From Candidatus Dormibacteria bacterium (GTDB taxonomy: Bacteria; Chloroflexota; Dormibacteria; Aeolococcales; Bog-877), in assembly GCA_050734135.1 (NCBI GenBank), contig JBOHUG010000039.1:4134-68133 (forward strand): DNA of 64,000 nt, in the 5' to 3' direction. Shown piece by piece: positions 56,583 to 64,000 of the stretch. Below the pieces are notes generated by a model. It did no database searches, was not told the origin of the DNA, and was given only the letters and a program-made list of their open reading frames with translations. Position 1 is the stretch's first letter, and each line of letters opens with the position of its first letter. The position numbers were made by a program, and so were the translations under genes.

Positions 56583-57712
56583 ACGCGAGCCCCCGCCATG
56601 ATCTGGCCGTCGTGGGCGACGCAGGTGGTCGAGACCACCTCGTCCTCGAAGTTCAGCTGGATCTTGCCGTCCTTGATCAAGGAGAGGGTGAAGCGGGTCA
56701 GGTTGCGGGAGTAGAGCTGGCTGGCGTGGTAGGCCATCCGAGAGGGAAGGTCCAGCGGTCCCAGGATCCAGACTCCGGCCTTCTTAAGTTCCTGGCCGGG
56801 CTCCGTCAGTTCACAATTGCCCCCTGCCTCGGCGGCCAGGTCGACGATGACCGAACCCGGACGCATCTTGGCCACGGCCGCCCTGGTGACCAGAATCGGC
56901 GCCTTCCGGCCGGGAACCAGCGCGGTTGTGATCACCACGTCGGCCTCGGCCACCTCCCGGGCGAGTGCCGCCTGCTCGCGTTTCTGAGTCGACGCCGAAA
57001 CCTCGGCGGCGTAGCCGCCCTGACCCTCAACCGCCTCCACCGTCTCTCCCACGTCGACGAACTGCGCTCCGAGACTCTCCACCTGTTCTTTGACCTGGGG
57101 GCGGACATCGAAGGCCCGTACGACCCCGCCCAGCCGCCTCGCGGTGGCGATCGCCTGCAGTCCGGCCACCCCGGCTCCCAGCACCAGTACCCGGGCCGGG
57201 GTGACGGTGCCGGCGGCGGTCATCAGGAGGGGGAAGAAGCGGGGGAGCCGAACGGCGGCCAGCAGCACCGCGTGGTAACCCGAGACGGTGCTCATGGAGG
57301 AGAGGACGTCCATGTCCTGGGCCCGGCTGATTCGCGGCAAGCGATCCAGGCTGAAGGCGGTCACCCCGCGCCTGGCAAGCTGTTCGATCAGCTCCGGCTG
57401 GGTGAGCGGCTGCAGCATTCCCACCAGCACCGAGCCCTTGGGTAGGAGGGCGATCTCATCGGAGCTCTGCCCTTTGGCGAGAGGGGGCCGAACCTTGAGC
57501 AGGAGGTCCGAGCTGGTCAGGACTTGGCGGTGGGTGGTCAGGATGGTCGCCCCCACCTCCCGGTAGGTGGGATCCGGGAAGAAGGCCAGCTCTCCGGAGC
57601 CCTTCTCAACCACCACCTCGGCTCCGGCCGCGATCAGTCGCGCGGCGGACTCCGGCACCAGCGCGACCCGGTGCTCTTCCGATACCAGTTCCTTGGCGAC
57701 CCCGATCCGCAT
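56579..57712 (-). CDS. pntAA: NAD(P) transhydrogenase subunit alpha part 1 (dI, NAD(H)-binding)
   Basis: Alanine dehydrogenase/PNT fold with GxGxxG LVLGAGVAGLQA. Confidence 0.9.
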   Translation of the reverse strand: MRIGVAKELVSEEHRVALVPESAARLIAAGAEVVVEKGSGELAFFPDPTYREVGATILTTHRQVLTSSDLLLKVRPPLAKGQSSDEIALLPKGSVLVGMLQPLTQPELIEQLARRGVTAFSLDRLPRISRAQDMDVLSSMSTVSGYHAVLLAAVRLPRFFPLLMTAAGTVTPARVLVLGAGVAGLQAIATARRLGGVVRAFDVRPQVKEQVESLGAQFVDVGETVEAVEGQGGYAAEVSASTQKREQAALAREVAEADVVITTALVPGRKAPILVTRAAVAKMRPGSVIVDLAAEAGGNCELTEPGQELKKAGVWILGPLDLPSRMAYHASQLYSRNLTRFTLSLIKDGKIQLNFEDEVVSTTCVAHDGQIMAGARV

Positions 57713-57817
57713 CGGGCGACTTTATCGGGTCCCGCCCCTGCAATAGCGAGAATCCCGTTGGGCCCCGGGGTCCGTCATCCTACCCGGGTGCCCGGGATCG
57801 AACCTTATCTGCGACGA

Positions 57818-59287
57818 ATGCTTCACGACTGGCAGCCGATCGTGGTCGCCAACCGCGCCCCGATCGAGAGTCAGCTGGGCTCAGGCGGCAAAGAGCGGAT
57901 CACCCGCGGCGGCGGCGGGCTGGTCACGGCGATGTCAGCCTTGGCCCAGGCCAGCGACGCCCCGTGGGTGGCGGTCGCTCGCGGGGAGTCCGATGATCGC
58001 TTGGCCAGCCGCGCTGATGAGGAGGGGATGGTCCACGTCTCCTCCGACGATGGCAACAAGTTCCGGATCGCCTACATCCACCCGGCCCCGGAGGCGTACG
58101 ACCTCTACTACAACGAGATCAGCAACCCGTTGCTGTGGTTCATCCAGCACTATCTCTGGGACCTTGGGAGGGAGCCGATCTTGGACTCCCGCACCGAGCG
58201 GGCCTGGCGGGACGGCTACGTCAAGGTCAATACCGAGTTCGCCGAGCGGGTAGTCGCGATCGCCAAAAAGACGACTGACCGACCGCTGATCCTGAGTCAG
58301 GACTACCACCTCTACCTTCTGCCGGGACTGGTGCGCCAAAGGCTCCCGCAGGCCCATCTGCAGCATTTCATCCATATTCCCTGGCCTACCCCGCAGTACT
58401 GGAAGGTGCTCCCTCGGCATATGCGGGACGGAATCCTGACCGGGCTGCTGGGGAGCGACGTGGTTGGGCTCCAGACTTCCCTCGACGTGCGCAACTTCCT
58501 GCTCACCTGCGAGGAGAACCTGGGACTGGCCGTGGACCACCGCCAGTCAACAGTCTTCTTCGAGGGTCGCAGCGTCTGGATCCGGGCCTACCCGATCTCC
58601 ATCGACGTACGGACAATGGCCGACCTCACCAATCGTGAGGAGGTCCTGCATCAGGAGGAGCTGATCGCCACCTGGCGCCCGGAGTTCCTGATCCTCCGGG
58701 TGGACCGCACCGATCTCAGCAAGAACATCGTGCGCGGATTCCTGGCCTATGAGAGGCTCCTTGAAAGTCACCCCGAACTGCGGGGCCGCGTCGTGTTCTG
58801 GGCCCTGCTCCAGCGCAGCCGCCAGAGCGTGGACGCCTACCGGTCCTACCTGGGGGCCCTGGTGAGCGCCGCCGCCCACGTCAACCGCCGCTTCCAGACG
58901 GGAACCTGGATGCCGATCCGGCTGGAGGTGGAGGAGAACCTCTTCAAAGCGGTCGCCGCCTACAAGTCGTACGACGCCCTCCTGGTCAACCCCATCTACG
59001 ACGGGATGAACCTGGTGGCCAAGGAGGGGGTGCTCTGCAACACCAAGGACGGCGTGCTGGTCCTCAGTGAGAACGCCGGAAGCTACGAGGAGCTGGGCAC
59101 CGAGGCGCTCACCATCAATCCTTTCGACATTGACCAAACCGCCGAGGCGCTCCACTCGGCGCTGACCATGCCCAAGCGGGATCGTTCAACCAGAGCCCGC
59201 CACATGCGCCAGACCGTCCGCAAGCACGACATCGTGCGCTGGATCACAGCCCAACTCCAGGACCTCAACGAGTTGGCGGCGCGCTGA
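57818..59287 (+). CDS. otsA: alpha,alpha-trehalose-phosphate synthase
   Basis: GT20 family. N-terminal IVVANRAPIE and conserved DYHLYLLP and NPFD motifs. Start at the ATG at 57818. An upstream in-frame GTG at 57788 is also possible. Confidence 0.9.
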   Translation: MLHDWQPIVVANRAPIESQLGSGGKERITRGGGGLVTAMSALAQASDAPWVAVARGESDDRLASRADEEGMVHVSSDDGNKFRIAYIHPAPEAYDLYYNEISNPLLWFIQHYLWDLGREPILDSRTERAWRDGYVKVNTEFAERVVAIAKKTTDRPLILSQDYHLYLLPGLVRQRLPQAHLQHFIHIPWPTPQYWKVLPRHMRDGILTGLLGSDVVGLQTSLDVRNFLLTCEENLGLAVDHRQSTVFFEGRSVWIRAYPISIDVRTMADLTNREEVLHQEELIATWRPEFLILRVDRTDLSKNIVRGFLAYERLLESHPELRGRVVFWALLQRSRQSVDAYRSYLGALVSAAAHVNRRFQTGTWMPIRLEVEENLFKAVAAYKSYDALLVNPIYDGMNLVAKEGVLCNTKDGVLVLSENAGSYEELGTEALTINPFDIDQTAEALHSALTMPKRDRSTRARHMRQTVRKHDIVRWITAQLQDLNELAAR

Positions 59288-59303
59288 CCTGAGCCGGAGT
59301 CCG

Positions 59304-60125
59304 TCAGGCGGCATTGGCCAACTCTTCCAGCACTTTCGTCAGCAGCTTCGCCCACTCTTCCGGACCGTCGAGGCAAAGATCCGCCTCCTCGCGAACCTGA
59401 TCTGGCGTCTCCGGGCTCAACACCCCGAGAGCCAAGGCAAGCTCCAGGTCGGCTGAGCGCCGGTGCAGTTGGACCATCGCCGGGAGATCCCCCAGGTCGT
59501 CGCCGGCGAAAACGCAGCCTCGAGGCGAGATCCGGTCGAGCAGCTGGACCAGGGCCGTGCCCTTATCCCCGGCGTGACGATCGCGTAGCTCCAGCACCCG
59601 TCGACCCCGGAGGAGTTCGAGCTCCTCCCGATGGGAGACCAAAGAGAGAATCCGGCGGAGCTCCAAGCCCACCGCGTGCCGCTCCGGAGCGTTGCGGTAG
59701 TGCACCGCCACCCCCAAGGTCTTGGTCTCCACCTCGACGCCGGCGCGGTCGCGGAGCGACTCCCGCAATTCGGCGGCGATGCGCTGGAGGCGAGGCGAAG
59801 GATTGGAGGGCGGTAGCGGACGGGGAAGACTTCCCGCCTCCTGCCACGGTTCCAGGCCGTAGCTCCCCAGCAGCAGGACGCCCGGTAGCGGGCACTGGAC
59901 GAAGAGGTTGGCCAGATCGCGGCCGCTGATGACGGCGACGGGAGTGCGGTGAGCCAGCGCCGTGAGGGCGGCTGCCGCCTCGGGGAGTGGCCTGGCCCGG
60001 CGGGGATTCCGGACCACCGGGGCCACGGTGCCGTCGAAGTCGGTGGCCACCAGCAGACTTCCGGAGCGGGCCAGGCGCACGAGAGGGGCCGCCAAGCCGT
60101 TGAAGGAGTGTGGGGGAAAGCCGGG
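59304..60125 (-). CDS. otsB: trehalose-phosphate phosphatase
   Basis: HAD motif I LLVATDFDGT and trehalose-phosphatase fold. Start uncertain. The first M at 60254 would overlap the divergent downstream gene. Confidence 0.7.
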   Translation of the reverse strand, partial: PGFPPHSFNGLAAPLVRLARSGSLLVATDFDGTVAPVVRNPRRARPLPEAAAALTALAHRTPVAVISGRDLANLFVQCPLPGVLLLGSYGLEPWQEAGSLPRPLPPSNPSPRLQRIAAELRESLRDRAGVEVETKTLGVAVHYRNAPERHAVGLELRRILSLVSHREELELLRGRRVLELRDRHAGDKGTALVQLLDRISPRGCVFAGDDLGDLPAMVQLHRRSADLELALALGVLSPETPDQVREEADLCLDGPEEWAKLLTKVLEELANAA

Positions 60126-60183
60126 CACGACTTGATCATATGCGGCACGGAAGCGGGACCCTCGATCCGCTACGCTGCAGGGA

Positions 60184-60575
60184 TGGTCAGCCCTGAAGTG
60201 CCGGAGCAGACTGTTGTGGAGTTGGTCCAGGGCCTTTCCAACGACGTCAGGCAACTGGTGACGGACGAGGTCGCCCTGGCCAAGGCTGAGCTGAAGGCCG
60301 CGATGTGGCGGGGGCTCCGGGTCGCCCTGGGGGCGGTCGTGGCAGTGCTGGGGGCGAGTCTATTCGTATTCTTCGCGCTTCTGACCCTGGTGGAGTGGCA
60401 ACCGAATCACACCCTGGTCGCCGGGCTGGTCGGCCTGGCGGGACTGGTTCTAATACTGGGCGGAGCAGCGGTGATCTGGGCCAACCGTCGGCTTTGGCCC
60501 TTTAGGGAGACCAAGGCCAGTCTTGAAGAGGATCTCGAGTGGGCACGTCGACTGAGCAAGCGCGTCAAGCCGTAA
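60184..60575 (+). CDS. putative actinobacterial holin-X-like small membrane protein (DUF1469-like)
   Basis: Two TM helices after an amphipathic N-terminus. Assignment by resemblance only. Confidence 0.45.
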
Positions 60576-61015
60576 TCGCCACCCGCGGTCGGGTGGAGTC
60601 CGGTGCCGACAAACTCGAGGCACGGCTGCGCTATGACCTCGATCCCCGCGTCCGGCTGCGCCGGGACGGACCCAAGCTGGCGGCAGGACTGGCCGTAGTG
60701 ATCGTGGTGAGCGCCGTCTACCTGACCCGATCCCGACGGCGCCGGCGAAGCGAAGACCCGAGCGAGGTCGATTGGATCGCCCAGATGCCCAGGGAGTGGC
60801 GCGGGCGGTTGCAGGAACTGCTGGCGGAGGCTGCCGCGGACCATCCGTTACCCCAGGACCTGCGTCGGGCCAGTAAGTCGCGCCGCCGATCGGTCGGGAC
60901 GGGTCTGGCGCTTCGAGTGGCCAAGATGGCGGCCCCGGTAATCATCTCGGCGGCGGCGGAGCGAATTGGCCGAAGGCAGGGGGGATCCGCCTCTTCGGGC
61001 GGGCCGGGAGGCTAG
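60539..61015 (+). CDS. hypothetical protein (DUF3618-like), overlaps upstream gene
   Basis: 158 aa with one TM segment and a basic patch. GC3-biased. Confidence 0.4.
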   Translation: MGTSTEQARQAVIATRGRVESGADKLEARLRYDLDPRVRLRRDGPKLAAGLAVVIVVSAVYLTRSRRRRRSEDPSEVDWIAQMPREWRGRLQELLAEAAADHPLPQDLRRASKSRRRSVGTGLALRVAKMAAPVIISAAAERIGRRQGGSASSGGPGG

Positions 61016-61485
61016 GCGCCGGGCTCTGCGGTCTCCCAGATCGCGGAGCGATGGCGATGCAGGATGGCACTCACGATCAGCAGTAGATAGCCACCCACCA
61101 GCAGTACGATCCACACGATCGACGCCGATTTCGTGTACTGACCGCTGTCTACGAAGGCGAGCACGGTTTCCCCGGCGATGCCGGCCGTTAGCGCCGCAAC
61201 CACCAGGCGGCGCCCGGTGCGGAGCCGGAGCAGCATCAGGGCGCCACCGAGCACCGCCACGGTGGCAGCGGTGACGTCGAGGACGAGTCCAATCAAGCGC
61301 AGGACGACGGGCCAGAAATAGACCACCCCATGGGAGAGCAGGGGCGACGTGGTTTGCACCGCGAGGTACAACTCGGAGCCGGTGAAGACCCCGGCGGCTG
61401 CTGCCAATCCGAGCGCCGAGAAGCCCAACGCCCTCGTCCCAAAGAGAAACCGAAACAGGGTGTTCGGTTTCATCGCTAAGCTCAT
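61012..61485 (-). CDS. hypothetical integral membrane protein
   Basis: Four hydrophobic segments. Confidence 0.5.
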   Translation of the reverse strand: MSLAMKPNTLFRFLFGTRALGFSALGLAAAAGVFTGSELYLAVQTTSPLLSHGVVYFWPVVLRLIGLVLDVTAATVAVLGGALMLLRLRTGRRLVVAALTAGIAGETVLAFVDSGQYTKSASIVWIVLLVGGYLLLIVSAILHRHRSAIWETAEPGA

Positions 61486-61716
61486 GTGGCCTCTGGTTGT
61501 CGCAAAATCTGCCGCGGTTCCAGCCTATCGACTGTGGGATGGGTAATACACGACTCGGCATCACTAGTCAAGGGATTGGGTGCCCCGGTGTTGACTCATT
61601 CTCGGGCTGGCGTGACTTCTCCCAGACTGAGACCTGGCTCCTGCTTTCGCTGGTGAGGGGCTCGCGTTTCCAGGTACTCCAGCGCTCGCGCAAAGTCATG
61701 CTGGCGGTTCGCGCCA

Positions 61717-62016
61717 TCAGATCCAGCTCGGATGGCCAGATGTAGCGAAACGGCGCCGAGAAGGTCTCCAGATGCCCTCCTGCCACCGGTAGTGGTGGGA
61801 AAATGCAATCTGCGTCGCGACGCCGTACTCTTCGAAACCCAGACGGGGCGGGGCTATGGCGAGGGCCTGGATCGACCCGCTAGGCGGGAGGCGTTGGAGC
61901 TCCGGAACGGACTCCCGGAGGACGAAGTAGCCGCCAGTCACGAGATGCGCAGCGACGTTTCGGAAGCAGTCGACCTGCTCGTCTTGAGTGGTCAAGTTCA
62001 TGATCGTGTTGCACAC
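61717..62016 (-). pseudogene. truncated SAM-dependent methyltransferase fragment
   Basis: 99-aa ORF retains only the C-terminal MTase portion (LVTGGYFVL). Lies in a lower-GC patch. Confidence 0.4.
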
Positions 62017-62568
62017 CAGGGAGGAGAGCCTGAAGGTTTCGCTAACTCTGGTGGTCGCGAAACTCCGATCTCAAACTCGCCCAGTTCAAACTGAGCCACT
62101 GCCGTTTGTTCAGTCCCACCGTTTCGACTCTGAAGGTGGGGCGAAGTGATCTGTCCGCGGTGCAAAGGCAGAACCGAGACACCGAGCGCAAAGGGAGGCT
62201 CGAATGGCGGCGGAGGCGGTCTCAGCGAGGTTAGATCGAGCGGGTACCAAAAGGGCGGTCCTCGCTCTGAGCCCCGGTGTGCAAAAGGATGGCATTCACC
62301 GTCTCAGCTACCGTCATTGCGGACGAGTCGCCCCACAGTCCCTGGCCGGGGAGCTACTTTCGCAAGACGGCGTCCAGATGTTGCCATGCCGCGGCAACGT
62401 GCTTTTCGCGAAGGGAATCCCGCTGGCGTGCAACCGCCAGGGGCGGTGTCAGTACCACGACGTGAAGCGGTCGCGTCTTGATTGCGCGCCAGTATTACCG
62501 CAGATGTGCTTGGCGAACCACCACGTCATCGAAGACGGGCACGACTCCGGCGGCAGCAAAACTGTCGA

Positions 62569-62820
62569 TCAGGAGGGCCGCATTCCGAGCCCGCAACAAG
62601 ATCTGCGACTGGCTTCTTTGTCGACGTTAGTGGTCGGGAGATGTCCGCTGGCGACGATCATGTCAGCCAAGACTTCATCGTCGACTTCGGCGGCAAGCGC
62701 AAACCGCTGCGCCATTGCGTGAGCAACGGTCGTCTTGCCACTGCCCGGGATGCCGATGATGAGAAAGGCGTACCGTGCAGGATGGCTATCGACGTCAACT
62801 CCGTCGTTCGTCTCTTCCAT
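62569..62820 (-). pseudogene. P-loop NTPase/kinase N-terminal fragment
   Basis: Walker A GIPGSGKTT is present but the ORF stops after 83 aa. Flanking frames are broken. Low-GC patch. Confidence 0.4.
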
Positions 62821-63114
62821 AGCCTATCGCCGACTTGCCTGGTGCGCGGAACTGCACAGGGAGATCACCGCGACGCGGTCACACTTCAAGTGCCCGCTGC
62901 GCGACCGTCGTACTGCGCGCAGCAACCTACGCCCGAATCTCCGACGGTTCTGGTATCCCGGGACTAACGGAGTCGCCCCAATCTGCCGTTGCCTTCCCCT
63001 CATGGAATGAGTGAGGACCTGCCGGTGCCACCTCCGACCGGCCTCGCGCTTGACGTCTCGGAGAGCTGTAGAGAAAGTTGAGTGGAGCTGGCGCAGCCGG
63101 CAGCGCGGGCTCAG

Positions 63115-64000
63115 CTATTCGTAGCGCAGAACTTCCAGGGGTCGGACCCGCACCGGGCGCCAAGCCACTAGGGCAGCGGTGCCGACAGCCACGGCGATTG
63201 CTCCCAGGACGATGGCTAGGGACAGAGGGGTCGGGATCCCCAGCGTGATCTTGAGCACTCCCCGGCCCAAAATGGCCAAGGCCAGAGCGATCGTCGCCAT
63301 CCCGAAGGTGGCACCGAGCCAGGCCACGGTCGCGGTCTCAGTCAGCACCTGGGCGTAGACGGAGTTGCTGCTCAGGCCTACCGCCTTCTGGATTCCGATC
63401 TCGCGGCGTCGTTCCAGGAGTGAGAGGGCAACGGAGTTGGCCACGATCACGATCCCGGCGATCAGAGCAAGGGAGGCGATGGCGGTGAGGAAGAGGACGG
63501 CGTTGTTGAGGAACTGGTCGATTATCAGGGTGAAATCTGCCAGGTTGATGACGATGGCGGAGGGGTCGGCTTTGCGCAATCGAGTGGCCGCCGCGGCCAC
63601 GCGGTCTGGCGCGATCTTCAGCTCCACCAACTGGTCGCCCGAGCCTCCCGCGATCGTGTCCGCAGTGGAGGTGAGGCCCAGGATGGGAACGACCGCAATG
63701 CTGAAGGAGACGCCCTTCCCCTTGGTCTCGATCGGGATGTAGAACCCGACCACCTTCAGGGTGACCGGCGCTGGATGGGCCGCGAAGGAGTCCGCGACAG
63801 TCACGGTGTCTCCCACCTTCAGGTTGTATGGAGAGCCCTGCAACGAGCTGCTCAGAAGGACCCCGTTGCTGTCGGCGTCGCTGGCCCGAAGCTGTCGTCC
63901 GTTCACAACATCGACCTTCGGCAGCACCCCGTGCTCAACCGGGAATCCCTGGATGCCGCTCAGCAAAGTGACCTCACTTCGGGCCCGGGAACGCAGGCTG
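63115..64000 (-). CDS. ABC transporter permease, FtsX-like (partial, continues beyond the window edge)
   Basis: C-terminal FtsX 4-TM domain. The reading frame stays open through position 64000. Confidence 0.7.
   Translation of the reverse strand, partial: SLRSRARSEVTLLSGIQGFPVEHGVLPKVDVVNGRQLRASDADSNGVLLSSSLQGSPYNLKVGDTVTVADSFAAHPAPVTLKVVGFYIPIETKGKGVSFSIAVVPILGLTSTADTIAGGSGDQLVELKIAPDRVAAAATRLRKADPSAIVINLADFTLIIDQFLNNAVLFLTAIASLALIAGIVIVANSVALSLLERRREIGIQKAVGLSSNSVYAQVLTETATVAWLGATFGMATIALALAILGRGVLKITLGIPTPLSLAIVLGAIAVAVGTAALVAWRPVRVRPLEVLRYE

Noticed and set aside
62204-62722. 172-aa plus-strand ORF in the low-GC patch
   Set aside because: The composition is unlike the genome's coding bias, and it overlaps the kinase-fragment ORF. 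Most likely non-coding.

Overview
High-GC (~68-70%) chromosomal segment that looks actinobacterial. The gene content supports this: OtsAB, a standalone GroEL2-type chaperonin, MMPL, PpgK-like ROK kinase, DUF1015 next to serA, ECF sigma/anti-sigma pairs, and a DinB/mycothiol-isomerase-like protein. Almost all of the window is coding and reads mainly as housekeeping and metabolic genes.

Landmarks: rsmG at the left edge. A long minus-strand, translationally coupled operon runs murE-like ligase -> FAD-linked oxidase -> HisC-like aminotransferase -> hutH-hutU-hutF-hutI. A divergent FolD-cyclodeaminase (FTCD_C-like) fusion follows. Further along lie tRNA-Val(CAC), rpsF-ssb-rpsR (no rplI), serA-DUF1015, trxA-argS, two ECF sigma/anti-sigma pairs, pit, groEL, a metalloprotease/methyltransferase/CitE/cystathionine gamma-synthase/MMPL block, eda-MTOX, folC, pntAA-pntAB-pntB, and otsA/otsB. 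The right edge is a decayed low-GC patch with gene fragments and a partial FtsX-type ABC permease.

The most unusual locus is a plus-strand cluster at 13.5-18.3 kb. It contains an MBL(persulfide-dioxygenase-like)-rhodanese fusion and a HIT hydrolase. These are followed by an E1-like ThiF adenylyltransferase with its rhodanese domain at the N terminus (reverse of canonical MoeZ), which carries a MoeB-like tetracysteine Zn motif. Next comes a probably leaderless 71-aa protein with an internal KVGGE motif and an acidic C-terminal extension. A 360-aa HExxH (zincin-like) protein and a GTGA-coupled 98-aa protein complete the cluster. The layout is reminiscent of sulfur-carrier/Ubl activation cassettes such as QbsCDE and CysO-MoeZ-Mec, with a processed carrier, an E1-rhodanese and a metalloprotease. 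However, the small protein does not look like a beta-grasp ThiS/MoaD, so this may be an undescribed E1-dependent modifier or sulfur-transfer system.

No CRISPR array or obvious mobile element is present. The tRNA is flanked by core genes.
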